Source: Planctomycetota bacterium
GTDB lineage: Bacteria > Planctomycetota > E44-bin39
Direction of reading: 5' to 3'
DNA: 64,000 bases
Assembly: GCA_004376375.1 (NCBI GenBank)
Contig: SOJX01000015.1
Coordinates: 2,324 to 66,323 of the forward strand
In this document: positions 1-9,813 of the stretch, piece after piece
How the letters are laid out: the number at the start of each line of letters is the position of its first letter
How positions within the stretch are numbered: position 1 is the first letter of the stretch
Translations under genes and position numbers: made by a program
Notes under the pieces: generated by a model
What the model was told of the DNA's origin: nothing
Database searches by the model: none
What the model saw: the letters and a program-made list of their open reading frames with translations, nothing else

Positions 1-1
1 C

Positions 2-325
2 GAAGACCCGGGCGAGATCCTCCGTGCACTTCACCACTTCAGGCACAAGCGGCACGAAGTGCTGATTTTTCACGTTTTCGACCCGGCAGAGCTCACGTTC
101 CCGTTCAACCAGCTCGCGACCTTCCGCGACATGGAGACGGGCGAGCAGCTGCAGGTCTTTCCCAGGGCGTACCAGAAGGAATACCTCGACAAGCTCGAGG
201 AGTTCATACAGACATACAGGCGCGAATGCACCGAGAACCTGATGGAGTACGTCGTCGTCGATACGACGGCGCCGTACGACCTGTTCCTTGCGGCATATCT
301 CTCGAAACGTGCTCTTTTAGGATGA
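2..325 (+). CDS. DUF58 (MoxR-associated vWA-like) protein, C-terminal fragment; 5' end outside window
   Basis: Frame is open from the window edge. It reads ..HEVLIFHVFDPAELTFPF..FRDMETGEQL.., the conserved DUF58 C-terminal block. Stop TGA 323-325. Same family as the complete copy at 26359-27234. Confidence 0.8.
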   Translation, partial: EDPGEILRALHHFRHKRHEVLIFHVFDPAELTFPFNQLATFRDMETGEQLQVFPRAYQKEYLDKLEEFIQTYRRECTENLMEYVVVDTTAPYDLFLAAYLSKRALLG

Positions 326-328
326 TAT

Positions 329-364
329 GTAGGGGCAAGGAACATGCGCATGCCTTGCCCCTAC
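329..364. repeat. Palindromic hairpin GTAGGGGCAAGG / CCTTGCCCCTAC (12-bp stem)
   Basis: Read directly. Lies between the DUF58 stop and the BatA-like start. A perfect 28-nt relative is at 52439-52466 and a degenerate one at 9735-9762. Confidence 0.85.
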
Positions 365-373
365 GGTATAATC

Positions 374-2617
374 ATGTTTGGAATTACGCTGCTCAATCCT
401 GTATTTCTTGCTGGCCTGGTTACGGTCGCGATACCGATTATCGTGCATCTCATACAGATGCGCCGCAGCCGTATTGTCGATTTCCCCTCGCTCCGCCTTC
501 TGCGCCTTATCGACATGAAGCTATCCCGCCGCGAGAAGCTGAAAGATATTATCCTTCTGATCGTGCGGTGTTCGATCCTGTTTTTCCTCGTGCTCGGCCT
601 TGCCCAGCCGGTATTCAAGGCGCCGAAGGGTACGGGTGGACGTGGCGCGACGAGCATGGTCATCATTGTCGAAAACTCGTTTTCCATGGATACGCGCGAG
701 GCGAATATCTCGAGAATCGACACCGCCCGCAATGCCGCACGCAATGCGTTCGAATCGCTCGGTCCGGCCGACAGTGTGCTGGTCCTGAATGCGACAGAAG
801 AGCCGAAGGGAAAGATACTCCGAAACCACGCCCTCGCCGGGAACACCCTCGAGTCGCTTCGCACTTCGCCGCGCCCAAGCCGCCTCTCCGGCGCAATCGA
901 GCATGCGGTAAAAGAGCTTCTGGCAAGCACGACGGTCAACCGCGAGATAGTGCTTGTTACAGATATGCAGGCTGCCGACTTCGGAGGCGTCCGTGAAAAG
1001 CTGGCGAAGGTGCAGGAAAAAGGCGTGAGGGTCATCCTCGTCGACCTCGGCAGGCAGGAGACTCCCAACCTTGCGGTGACCGGTGTGAGCTTTCCCCGTG
1101 GCGCGATCATGCCCGACCAGGAAACGGTGCTCGCCGTTACCGTCAGGAACATGGGGGCCGATCCGACCGGCACGACTGCAAGCTGTTTTCGCGGCGGTGA
1201 AAAATGCGGCGAAACCGCAGTAGCCGCAATCGACCCCGGTGAAACCACGACCATCCAGTTCCCGATGAAGTTTCAGAAAATCGGGCCTGCGCAGGGGCGC
1301 GTCGTCTTGGCCGCGGACTCGCTCGAGACCGATAACACCCGCTATTTTGCCGTAAACGTTGTGAAGGAAATTCCGGTCCTGATTGTCGATGAAAACCCGA
1401 CTGCCGTCCCGCACGAGGCCGAGAGCTTTTACCTTCGCCGCGCGCTCCGCCCGCTCACGGCGCTGGGCGAGGCGCTCCTGCTTTCACCCATCAAACCGAA
1501 GGTTGTTTCGCCGGATGCGTTCGGGCGTACGGACGTTGACAAATATGCGGCAGTTATTTTTACAGGTGTGGGCCGTATCAACCGCGCGCACGGAGACAAG
1601 CTGCGCAGGTATCTGGAGTCCGGCGGCGGCGTCCTCATCTTCGCCGGCGAGCGGATCAATCCGAAGCAGTTCAACTTCGCTTTTTACGACCGTGCTTCAC
1701 GCACGTCCATGCTGCCCGCGGAAATCAGGGAGGTCGAGGGCGACGTCGAGCGCCCCAAGGAAATCTGGAACCTTCGGGTCAGACAGCCCGGCCACCCGCT
1801 GCTTGCGCCGCTTCGCGGCGTCAGCGATTCGCTTTTCGGACCGGTCCAGGTCTATCGCAGGTTCAGCGTCGACCTGTCGACGATGGCGCCCGGTGCGTCC
1901 CTTATCGACTATTCCGACGGCAAGCCCGCCGTCCTCGAGAAGCGCGTCGGCGCAGGCCGGCTGATTCTGGTGACTACGTCCGCTTATTCTTCGTGGACCG
2001 ATTTTCCGTTGAGGGCGGCTTTTATTCCCTTTACCCACCTTGCAATTTATCACATGGCCCGCATCGAGTCGGGCGCTCTATCGCATATCGTGGATTCGGC
2101 CGTGATATTCCGTAATATCGCCAGGCTTGACGTAACTTCCCCGGACGGCCAGAAGACGAGCGTGGAAGCGGAAACTTCATCACATGGCCGGGACGGGTTT
2201 TTCCGCTCGACGGGTTTACCGGGTGTCTATAAAGCTTTGCTGGAGCGTCCCGACGGCTCGAAAAGCGAGGAAGCCTTTTCCGTAAACGTCAACCCCGATG
2301 AAAGCAGTCAGACGCGTTTGCCCGAAGATGAAGTTGCAGACGTTTTCGAGCCCGTCCAGCTGGTCCGCGTGGACGAGGTTGACCGGGTGAAGAGCGCGAT
2401 ACTGACTGCACGGCGCGGGACAAAACTCTGGGACCTGTGTTTCTACCTGGTGATTCTGCTCCTTATCGCGGAATCCATCCTTGCCAATCGCGTTTTTCAT
2501 CGTGAAACCCGCACCGGGATCGAGGCCGATACTGCCGATGTCCGCAAGATAGAGGCCGCGCGTCAGCGCGCAAGGAGCGCGTCCGCTTCGCCGCAGGAAG
2601 CGGAGGTGGCCTCATGA
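374..2617 (+). CDS. BatA-like aerotolerance-operon membrane protein (N-terminal double-TM domain + vWA-like region)
   Basis: MFGITLLNPVFLAGLVTVAIPIIVHL matches the BatA_N / double-TM anchor signature. Also has a vWA-like stretch VIIVENSFSM and a C-terminal TM. ATG 374 is preferred over track start 344, which sits inside the hairpin. The stop overlaps the next start (ATGA). Confidence 0.8.
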   Translation: MFGITLLNPVFLAGLVTVAIPIIVHLIQMRRSRIVDFPSLRLLRLIDMKLSRREKLKDIILLIVRCSILFFLVLGLAQPVFKAPKGTGGRGATSMVIIVENSFSMDTREANISRIDTARNAARNAFESLGPADSVLVLNATEEPKGKILRNHALAGNTLESLRTSPRPSRLSGAIEHAVKELLASTTVNREIVLVTDMQAADFGGVREKLAKVQEKGVRVILVDLGRQETPNLAVTGVSFPRGAIMPDQETVLAVTVRNMGADPTGTTASCFRGGEKCGETAVAAIDPGETTTIQFPMKFQKIGPAQGRVVLAADSLETDNTRYFAVNVVKEIPVLIVDENPTAVPHEAESFYLRRALRPLTALGEALLLSPIKPKVVSPDAFGRTDVDKYAAVIFTGVGRINRAHGDKLRRYLESGGGVLIFAGERINPKQFNFAFYDRASRTSMLPAEIREVEGDVERPKEIWNLRVRQPGHPLLAPLRGVSDSLFGPVQVYRRFSVDLSTMAPGASLIDYSDGKPAVLEKRVGAGRLILVTTSAYSSWTDFPLRAAFIPFTHLAIYHMARIESGALSHIVDSAVIFRNIARLDVTSPDGQKTSVEAETSSHGRDGFFRSTGLPGVYKALLERPDGSKSEEAFSVNVNPDESSQTRLPEDEVADVFEPVQLVRVDEVDRVKSAILTARRGTKLWDLCFYLVILLLIAESILANRVFHRETRTGIEADTADVRKIEAARQRARSASASPQEAEVAS

Positions 2618-4872
2618 TGCTGCTCCCGCTGGCAAAAATCCGACTCCATAACGACCTTGCATGGTACTGGGTCCTGCTGTTTGCGATTGCCTGCCTCGGA
2701 ATCGCGATCTATTATTACCTGGGCGCGGTAAGGCGGCTACCCCGCCGCAATGCGGTGATCCTGGTTTCGCTCCGCGCCGCGGCGATTCTGCTGGTACTGC
2801 TCTTTCTTTTCCGACCGGCGATAAGTTACACGGGTCGGTCGAAGAGAAACTATCGCGTCGCCGTGCTGGTAGACGCTTCGAAATCGATGGAGGTCGCCGA
2901 TTCGATAGGCGGCAGGAAGCGGCTGGATGCCGCTCGAAACCTGCTCTTTAATGGTGAGTTGCTGGAAGAGCTGGAAGACCGGTTTTCAGTTACGCCTGTA
3001 ATCTTCGGCGGGAAGACGGACCTTACCGATAAGGCGAATCTGCGCAAGGTGAAGGCGGAAGAGACGGCCACAGATATCGCGGGCGCATTCAGTTCAATCG
3101 GGCAGAGGATGGACAAGTCGCTTCTCCAGGCGGTTGTGCTTATTTCCGACGGGCGCGTTACGGCGGAGGGCGACGTGCTGGGCGCGGCCCGGGCACTGGG
3201 CGTGCCGGTCTTCACGGTCGGTATCGGCTCGGCGAAGGGGGCGGCGGGCAGGCCGAAAGACCTTGCAATAACGAACCTGGTCGCCGGCGACAACGCGTTT
3301 GCAGGCCTGGATGAAGAGGTGACGGTCACAGTCGAGCGGCGGGGGTTCGACGAGTCTGAAGCCTCCGGCGCCGTCGTGAAGCTTTCCGATGAAAGCGGCG
3401 AGCTTTCACGGCAGGAGGTCGTCTTCCGATCCGATGAGACGCAAAAGGAAGTAAAGCTTTCTTTTACTCCTCCGGCGCCGGGCTTCGAGCATTACGAGGT
3501 CGAGATAGTGCCGCTCGAGGGCGAGAAGATAACGCAGAACAACTTCCGCGATTTCGGCCTCACCGTCCGCAAATCGAGAATCAAGGTGCTCTATATCGAG
3601 GCCAAGCCGCGTCCGGAGGCGAAGTTCCTGCGCTTCTTCCTCGAGCGCAACCCGATTGTCAAGCCGGTGTACCTTGTCCTGACGGGGAAAGACAAGGCAA
3701 AGATCCAGGGCGACGTCAAGGACCTTGACATAGGGAAAGGCCGCGGCCTTTCCGTCAAAGATATTCTTTCCTTCGACGTGGTCATACTGGGCGACGTTCC
3801 CTCGTCATTTTTCACGCTGGACCAGCTTGACGCCTTCAAGGAGCTTGTCGACAAGAAGGGCAAAGGCCTTGCGATGATAGGCGGCTATGACAACTACGGC
3901 GCCGGCGGTTACGTCGGGACGCCGGTCGGCGAAATCCTTCCCGTCGTTTTTTCAGGCGGCACGGACAAGGGTATCGAGCAGGATTTCTTTGTCGAGATAA
4001 CCGCGGCCGGCAAGGGCCACCCGATTTTTCGCCGCATTGCGCCGTTTTTTGCGCGAAGTGTGGGAGGGCCGCGGTCAATACCGCCGCTCAAAGGTGCAGT
4101 AAGGGTTGACGCCGCCCGGCCCGGCGCCAGGATTCTGGCCGAGTGCCCGCTCGCAAGCGAGATGACGCGGGACGGCAAAAGGCGCGTGGTGCTTGCCGTT
4201 ATGCCTTACGGCGCCGGGCGTACGCTGGCCTTTACCGGGGACACGACCTGGGTGTGGTACCGCAAGCTGCGCCCGCTGGGCAAGGACAGCCCCTACGAGG
4301 CGTTTTGGGGGCAGATGATTATCTGGCTCGCCGGACATTCCGATGAGGATTCGGGCGGCACAGGGATCGACGTGTGGACTGAGCGGCGCACCTACTCGAC
4401 CGGTGAGGCTGTAAAGGTTTTCGCGCGCCTGCCGCAGGAGATAACGGACGCGGCGTGCGCCGTGACTCTGCCGGACGGCCGGACGGAGAAGGTCGCACTG
4501 ACCGCGCCGCGCATACAGGACGGCCCGTTCGAGGGAACTTACAGGCCGCACGCCGCCGGACCGCATTCAATAACCATGGAAGGCTCCATAGGGGACGTGA
4601 AACCGTACCGTTTCATGGCGGGCAGGAAGTATCAGGAGTTCGAGAATATCGACCTGAACGCCGACCTTCTTTCAAGGATAGCGGACGTCACCAGGGGCCA
4701 GAGTTACACGATTACAAACGCGAAGCGGCTGCCTGAGCAGGTGGAAATCGCCCTCGGCGCGGATGCGGAAGAGCGCGAAATCCGTCTCTACAATACGCCG
4801 CTTTTCTTTATCCTGTTTCTGTGGATAATAACGATTGAATGGGTCTTCAGAAAGCGGAACATGCTTTTGTAG
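2614..4872 (+). CDS. Bat-operon membrane protein with vWA-like and GATase1-like regions
   Basis: Translationally coupled by ATGA overlap. N-terminal TM helices, VAVLVDASKSM (vWA-like), KVLYIEAKPRPEAKFLRFFLERNP..FDVVILGDV..GLAMIGG (GATase1-like block) and a C-terminal TM. Confidence 0.75.
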   Translation: MMLLPLAKIRLHNDLAWYWVLLFAIACLGIAIYYYLGAVRRLPRRNAVILVSLRAAAILLVLLFLFRPAISYTGRSKRNYRVAVLVDASKSMEVADSIGGRKRLDAARNLLFNGELLEELEDRFSVTPVIFGGKTDLTDKANLRKVKAEETATDIAGAFSSIGQRMDKSLLQAVVLISDGRVTAEGDVLGAARALGVPVFTVGIGSAKGAAGRPKDLAITNLVAGDNAFAGLDEEVTVTVERRGFDESEASGAVVKLSDESGELSRQEVVFRSDETQKEVKLSFTPPAPGFEHYEVEIVPLEGEKITQNNFRDFGLTVRKSRIKVLYIEAKPRPEAKFLRFFLERNPIVKPVYLVLTGKDKAKIQGDVKDLDIGKGRGLSVKDILSFDVVILGDVPSSFFTLDQLDAFKELVDKKGKGLAMIGGYDNYGAGGYVGTPVGEILPVVFSGGTDKGIEQDFFVEITAAGKGHPIFRRIAPFFARSVGGPRSIPPLKGAVRVDAARPGARILAECPLASEMTRDGKRRVVLAVMPYGAGRTLAFTGDTTWVWYRKLRPLGKDSPYEAFWGQMIIWLAGHSDEDSGGTGIDVWTERRTYSTGEAVKVFARLPQEITDAACAVTLPDGRTEKVALTAPRIQDGPFEGTYRPHAAGPHSITMEGSIGDVKPYRFMAGRKYQEFENIDLNADLLSRIADVTRGQSYTITNAKRLPEQVEIALGADAEEREIRLYNTPLFFILFLWIITIEWVFRKRNMLL

Positions 4873-4874
4873 TT

Positions 4875-4914
4875 GTAAGTTAAAAGTTTAAAGTTAAAAG
4901 TTAAAAGTTAAAAT
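4875..4914. repeat. Word-like tandem repeat (GTTAAAA/GTTTAAA units) directly after the stop codon
   Basis: gtaagttaaaagtttaaagttaaaagttaaaagttaaaa, read directly. Related arrays at 60259-60301. Confidence 0.9.
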
Positions 4915-4927
4915 AATATGTTTAGCG

Positions 4928-4950
4928 GTCGAGCCTGCTCGACGCGTTTT
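4928..4950 (+). terminator. TTTAGCGG-anchored hairpin GTCGAG-CCTG-CTCGAC followed by GCGTTTTC
   Basis: Stem-loop plus a short T-run downstream of gene 2614-4872. Member of the TTAGCCG hairpin family. Confidence 0.55.
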
Positions 4951-4970
4951 CTTCAATTAGTGAGGTGAGC

Positions 4971-6170
4971 ATGAAAATCAAACTGATTATCACATTGGCC
5001 GCGGCATGCGCCGGTTGTCTGATTTTTATGTTTTCCATCGCGACGGCCGGACCGCCGACGGCGAAGAATGCGGCACAGGGAACGCTCACGCTTTCCGACG
5101 GCTCGACCTACAAGGGAAAGATTTATCTTACGGGCAAGAAGCCGCTTACCATTTACCTGAAAAAGAGCCGCGACCGGCAGACCTTCCTGTTTTCGGAAAT
5201 CAGGTCCTTTGAGTTCACAGTCGTGAAGGCCGAGAAAAAGAAGAAATTCATTTTCAAGGAGAGCGGCAAGGACGAGAAAATAGAGTCAGGCGAGGAGCGG
5301 CCCAGGCTCGACATAACGATAACGGTGAATCTCAAATCCGGCAAAAGCGTTACCGGTACCGTGCAGCCGACGACGATATATATCGAAAATGACGAGGAGC
5401 GCGAGCGGTTCCAGCTCCTGAAGCTGCTTCATGGCGAAACAGGGGAGGCCCTGGAGAGCCTGGTTTACGTGAAGAAAATCGAGTTCGGCGAGCCCGGCGA
5501 AAAAGAGGTCAGGTATAAAATCACAGGTGCGGTAAAACCTGCAAGCGTGCTCGTCGAAGCGGCCGCGTGGCATCGCGGGACTCTGACGATTTACAAAGGC
5601 AAGGTCGCTGCGGGTAAATATGAGATTGACGTTCCCCAGGCCGGCGCATACGACATTATGCTGACTCTGAATTCCGAAATCCTTTTTTGGATTGGCGTCT
5701 ATGACAACGGTGCCGAGGGGCCGGAGCCGGAAGACCTGGTCGCGTGCGATATTGCCACTTTTATTGAAACCACTGACAAGGACTTTTTCGATACCCGCTC
5801 GGCCCTGAAGATTATCGGCGACAACAAGTGGGCCATGGCAATTGTTGACAAGTGGCGCACTCAGCCGACGCATTATAATAAGAAAGAAAATCCGGACGCG
5901 CGGTTCAGGCGCGTCGACGTCTGGCAGCTCGAGCACACCAACGTGCGCTGGCGTATTATGAAGCGCGTGAATCTTTACCGTGAGAAACTCGAGACAAAGG
6001 AATCCAAGTCGCGGCCGTTCAGGATGGATAAAACCATGGGCGGCGTCGTGCTTACCGAAGAGAAGCCGGAAGCGGCGCGCGACCTGGACGTTACCGAAAG
6101 CTCGCTGGAGCGCCCCGGCGAACTGCCCGAGGCGCCCCCGGGAAAACCGACCGGGGAAGGAAAAAAGTGA
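4971..6170 (+). CDS. Hypothetical secreted protein or lipoprotein
   Basis: ATG 4971 is preceded by GAGGTGAG. Signal peptide MKIKLIITLAAACAGCLIF. No domain recognised. Confidence 0.7.
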   Translation: MKIKLIITLAAACAGCLIFMFSIATAGPPTAKNAAQGTLTLSDGSTYKGKIYLTGKKPLTIYLKKSRDRQTFLFSEIRSFEFTVVKAEKKKKFIFKESGKDEKIESGEERPRLDITITVNLKSGKSVTGTVQPTTIYIENDEERERFQLLKLLHGETGEALESLVYVKKIEFGEPGEKEVRYKITGAVKPASVLVEAAAWHRGTLTIYKGKVAAGKYEIDVPQAGAYDIMLTLNSEILFWIGVYDNGAEGPEPEDLVACDIATFIETTDKDFFDTRSALKIIGDNKWAMAIVDKWRTQPTHYNKKENPDARFRRVDVWQLEHTNVRWRIMKRVNLYREKLETKESKSRPFRMDKTMGGVVLTEEKPEAARDLDVTESSLERPGELPEAPPGKPTGEGKK

Positions 6171-6244
6171 TAGGTGATAGGTGATAAGTGATAGGTGATA
6201 GGTGATTTGTTAGAAATCGAAAATCGTAAATCGTAAATCGAAAA
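6167..6244. repeat. Two adjacent word arrays: (GTGATAG)n then (AAATCGn)n
   Basis: gtgataggtgataggtgataagtgataggtgataggtgat, then gaaatcgaaaatcgtaaatcgtaaatcgaaaa. The gene's TGA stop (6168-6170) lies inside the first unit. Confidence 0.9.
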
Positions 6245-6298
6245 CTTGTTCGGAAACATACACCACTGGAGAGGTGTATAAATAAATAGAGGTGACAG

Positions 6299-9200
6299 AT
6301 GAGCCCTGAAAGCAGACGTGAGCTTCGAAGACTGGTCCAGATTATCGAGGAGACGCGCTCCAACTGGAAGGTTACGCTTATCCTCGAGGGCGTTGCGCTG
6401 GCCGCGGCGTTTTTCTTCGCCGGGATCGTCATAGTCTTCGGTTTTGACAACCTTTTCGGCAACGCCATAAGGACCTACGGCGCTTCCCACGGGATGCGGT
6501 GGCTTGATCCGCTGGTGCGGATTCTTTTCCTGCTTTCGCTCGGAGGCGGCCTTGCTTTTGTTTTTTTCCGATATCTGATTGGGCCTGCGATGCGCCGCTT
6601 TTCGATCGACCGCACGGCCATTGCGATTGAGAAAGCTTTTCCCGACCTCGACAACCGCCTGGTAAACGCGGTCCAGCTATCACGCGACCAGTCGCTCGAC
6701 GGATTTTCACTCGCGGTTGCTGAAGCTGTTATAAAGGATGCCGCCCGTAAAGTGGAAGACAAGCCTGTCCGCGAGAAGGCGGTGCCCAAGCGCAGGCTGA
6801 AGAAGCTGGCAATGGCGGCCGGGATAGCGTTTGTCGTTATCGTCCTTTACGCGGGGATCGGTCACGCGCATTTCTTCAACGCGCTCAAGCGTTACGCGAT
6901 GCCCACGTCCGACATCGCCACGCTGTCGGCGACCAGGCTGAAGATTTCGCCGGGGAGCGCTGACGTCTTCGCGGGCGAGTCTCTGACGATAACGGCGGAA
7001 GTCCAGGGTGCAGTCCCGGCTTATGCCGAAATCGAGATTACAGAAGAGGGCCGGGACACGCGAAGCGACAGGATGGAGTTCGACGGCAGCGCTTTTTCAT
7101 ACCTCATAAGACACGTGGATGCCGATTTCAGCTACCGCGTTTCGGGCGGAGACGCCGTCAGCCCCGTCTACCATATCAAGGTCAAGACGATACCGGCGAT
7201 AACCCGGCTCGAGGCCGAAGTACGGTTCCCCGATTATACCGGACGGGAGCCTTTGAATATCCGCGAGGTTCCCAATACGCTTTCGGTTCTGCCGCGAACG
7301 CAGATCACTTTCACCGCGCATGTGAACAAGCCCCTGCGGCGTGGATGGCTGAAGTTGGGCGACGGTAAATCCGTTACGGCTGATATTATTAATGAAAGCA
7401 TACTGGTCGTAACGTACCCGGCCGGGAAAACAAAGCAATACTGGTTCCATATGATCGACGAGGACGATTGCGTGCCGGCGGAACCGACGAAGAGAACCCT
7501 GGCGGTCGTAGAGGACAAACCGCCGGCCATTATGATTACCTCGCCGAAGGCTCACGAGGAGCGCACGCCGAACGGAAAGCTGGCGATAAACATCCGCCTG
7601 ATCGATGATTTCGGTCTGCGCCGCGCGCGCATCGAGGTAAGGCATTCTTCGGACAGGAGCCGCAGGTTCGTGCTCAAGTCGTGGGACATCACGCCTGGGC
7701 AGCAGAAGCTGTTCCCCGCGCACGTATGGCACCTCGAAGAATCGAAAGTCCGGCCGGGCGACGTGTTCGAATACTTCGTCGCCGTAAGCGACAACAAGAA
7801 CCCCGAAGTCGTGAGCCCGCGGATGTGCGTTGAAATAATCTCGCCCGAGAAACGCGAAGGTAAATCGCTTGACGCGATCCGCACCCTTTACCAGGACCTT
7901 ACGAGACTCCTGAAAACGCAGCAGCAGCTTTACCGCTCGACCAGGAGTTTCTCCGACAGCCTGATGCGGCGCAGGATGTCGGCCAGCCGTATTTCCCGGC
8001 GCCAGGACGAGCTTTCGAACGGCCAGAAAAGCGTGCGGAAAGAAGGCGACCGGATTACCGGCACGGTGAAAGGGCTTTCCCGGACGGAAAAGGCCGTCAA
8101 GGCGAAGCTTTCCAGCCTGGTTGCAAACGAGATGCTTGCCGCGATCAAGGCTTTCGAGCCCATCGCCGCGGCCACGAAGAGTGCCGACAAGGCGCGTTCC
8201 CTGGGGGAAGTGGCGAAGATTCAGACCGAAATTATTGACGGAATCCGCGCGATCCTGGACGAGCTTCGCAAAGGCTATCAGAACCTCCAGGACGAGAATG
8301 CAAAACGCGCCGAGTTCGCAGAGGTCGACCCGCGTGACCTTGACAGGGCGAAAAAACTCGAGCGCGCCAAGCGCACCCTCGAGAAGTTTATCGAGGAGCA
8401 GAGAAAGGTAATCAAGGCGACCGAGGAGCTCGAGCAGAAGGACGTCGAGGACTTCACCGAGGAGGACCGGCGAAAGCTCGAAGACCTCATCCAGAAGGAG
8501 CGCGAGCTTGCGCGGACCATGACCGACCTGAAGGACGATCTGTCGCGCCTGCCGACGGCGGACCAGTCCGACGGCACGCAGATCGAGGAAAAACTCGAAA
8601 TCTACGTCGATGTCAAGCTTATGAATGCGGCCGACGCCCTGGCGCTCGAGAATATTGAGATCGCCGTAACCAACGAAGAAGCGGGGGTGGAAGAAGCGGA
8701 AGAGCTGGTGAAGAATATCGAGCGCTGGCTCTCCGACCACCGCGATAACATCAAGTGGACGATGGAAGACCCGCCGGACGAGCAGGAGCCGCCGCTGGCC
8801 GATCTGCCCGAAGAACTCGAAGACCTTATCGGCGAGCTTCTGGAGGATGAGGAGGAACTCACCGAGGACGTTGAAGACGAGACAAGCAAATGGGGGGATT
8901 CCCTCGACTATGGGGCAGGATGGGAGACATCGGACGGGCCAATATCAAACTATTCGGCCAAGGGCGTTACCGGCAACCAGCTTCCGAACTCGAATGAAAT
9001 CGGCGGTCGCAGCGGCGAGGGCCGCACGGGCCGCTCGCACGGACAGATGGTCGAGAACCAGACGACCGGCAAAGGCGGGCGCACGACGCCGACCCGCATC
9101 ACCCCCGACCCCTACGAGAAAGGGAAAGTCGACGACAAGTCGAAAGAAGCGGCGTCCGGCGCGACCGGCGGCGGGAAGGAAGGCGGTCTCGGCGGTGAAG

Positions 9201-9613
9201 GGCTGCACGGCCAGCCGCCGCCGGAGGCGAAGGAAGCTATGAGGCGCCTTGCCGGCAAGCAGGCCGAGATAAGGCAGAAAGCGACCGCAGCGAAACACAA
9301 GGTTTCGAAAAAGAGTTACCCGACCGGGAACCTCGATGAGATGATTGTGATAATGAAGGAGATGGAGCGCGACCTGGCCTCGGGCCGCGTCCGCGACTGG
9401 CAGAGGAAGCAGAAAGTTCTCGTCCGCGGACTCGAGGATACTCGCGATGCCATCCGCGCCCAACTCAACGCCGACAAGGAAGAGCTTGCCAGGGTGCCGT
9501 CCGACGTGAAACGCAAGTTCATGAACGCCCAGGCTGAAGATACAAAGCCGGAAGCATGGCGCAAACTGATAGAGGAATACTACCGTTCGCTCAACCTCGG
9601 CGGCGGAAAGTAA
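6299..9613 (+). CDS. Large membrane-anchored coiled-coil/acidic protein (DUF4175-like, tentative)
   Basis: RBS GAGGTGA. N-terminal TM segments, a beta-rich middle, a long charged coiled-coil and acidic run (EELEDLIGELLEDEEELTEDVEDE) and a Gly-rich tail. Its position in the Bat-type operon fits DUF4175-type proteins. Confidence 0.7.
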   Translation: MSPESRRELRRLVQIIEETRSNWKVTLILEGVALAAAFFFAGIVIVFGFDNLFGNAIRTYGASHGMRWLDPLVRILFLLSLGGGLAFVFFRYLIGPAMRRFSIDRTAIAIEKAFPDLDNRLVNAVQLSRDQSLDGFSLAVAEAVIKDAARKVEDKPVREKAVPKRRLKKLAMAAGIAFVVIVLYAGIGHAHFFNALKRYAMPTSDIATLSATRLKISPGSADVFAGESLTITAEVQGAVPAYAEIEITEEGRDTRSDRMEFDGSAFSYLIRHVDADFSYRVSGGDAVSPVYHIKVKTIPAITRLEAEVRFPDYTGREPLNIREVPNTLSVLPRTQITFTAHVNKPLRRGWLKLGDGKSVTADIINESILVVTYPAGKTKQYWFHMIDEDDCVPAEPTKRTLAVVEDKPPAIMITSPKAHEERTPNGKLAINIRLIDDFGLRRARIEVRHSSDRSRRFVLKSWDITPGQQKLFPAHVWHLEESKVRPGDVFEYFVAVSDNKNPEVVSPRMCVEIISPEKREGKSLDAIRTLYQDLTRLLKTQQQLYRSTRSFSDSLMRRRMSASRISRRQDELSNGQKSVRKEGDRITGTVKGLSRTEKAVKAKLSSLVANEMLAAIKAFEPIAAATKSADKARSLGEVAKIQTEIIDGIRAILDELRKGYQNLQDENAKRAEFAEVDPRDLDRAKKLERAKRTLEKFIEEQRKVIKATEELEQKDVEDFTEEDRRKLEDLIQKERELARTMTDLKDDLSRLPTADQSDGTQIEEKLEIYVDVKLMNAADALALENIEIAVTNEEAGVEEAEELVKNIERWLSDHRDNIKWTMEDPPDEQEPPLADLPEELEDLIGELLEDEEELTEDVEDETSKWGDSLDYGAGWETSDGPISNYSAKGVTGNQLPNSNEIGGRSGEGRTGRSHGQMVENQTTGKGGRTTPTRITPDPYEKGKVDDKSKEAASGATGGGKEGGLGGEGLHGQPPPEAKEAMRRLAGKQAEIRQKATAAKHKVSKKSYPTGNLDEMIVIMKEMERDLASGRVRDWQRKQKVLVRGLEDTRDAIRAQLNADKEELARVPSDVKRKFMNAQAEDTKPEAWRKLIEEYYRSLNLGGGK

Positions 9614-9672
9614 GGAATAAGGAAACAAGGAAACAAGGAAATAAGGGAAGAGGGGAAGAAGAGAAGAAAGAA
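9612..9672. repeat. Word array AAGGAAT/AAGGAAAC/AAGGGAAG starting on the TAA stop
   Basis: taaggaataaggaaacaaggaaacaaggaaataagggaagaggggaagaagagaagaaag. Same word family at 13455-13500, 38285-38428, 38932-39000, 39592-39630 and 46148-46195. Confidence 0.9.
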
Positions 9673-9675
9673 ATA

Positions 9676-9792
9676 TTTAGCGGCGCCGCTTGCGGCGCGT
9701 TGATAATAAAATAATATGAATACAACGCCGTTTTGTAGAGGCAAGACATGCATTGCCCCTGCAACACAACGCCGCGCAAGCGCGGCCGCTAA
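9676..9792. repeat. Composite palindromic element: TTTAG-hairpin, degenerate GTAGAGGCAAG palindrome, inverted hairpin-CGCTAA
   Basis: GCGCCG-CTTG-CGGCGC at 9683-9698. gtagaggcaagacatgcattgcccctgc at 9735-9762. GCCGCG-CAAG-CGCGGC + CGCTAA at 9771-9792. Confidence 0.75.
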
Positions 9793-9813
9793 CGCATAAC
9801 TCGGGAAGAAACT

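Noticed and set aside
226-1414. Long alternative-frame and antisense ORFs over the BatA-like gene (226-996, 361-1254, 521-1414). Similar cases: 7097-8740, 41442-42794, 43756-44565, 56030-57082, 61795-62637, 62917-63846, 48625-49275.
   Set aside because: These are typical shadow ORFs of high-GC DNA. They have Arg/Ala/Gly/Pro-rich compositions and no motifs. Each overlaps a gene with clear family signatures on the other strand or in another frame.
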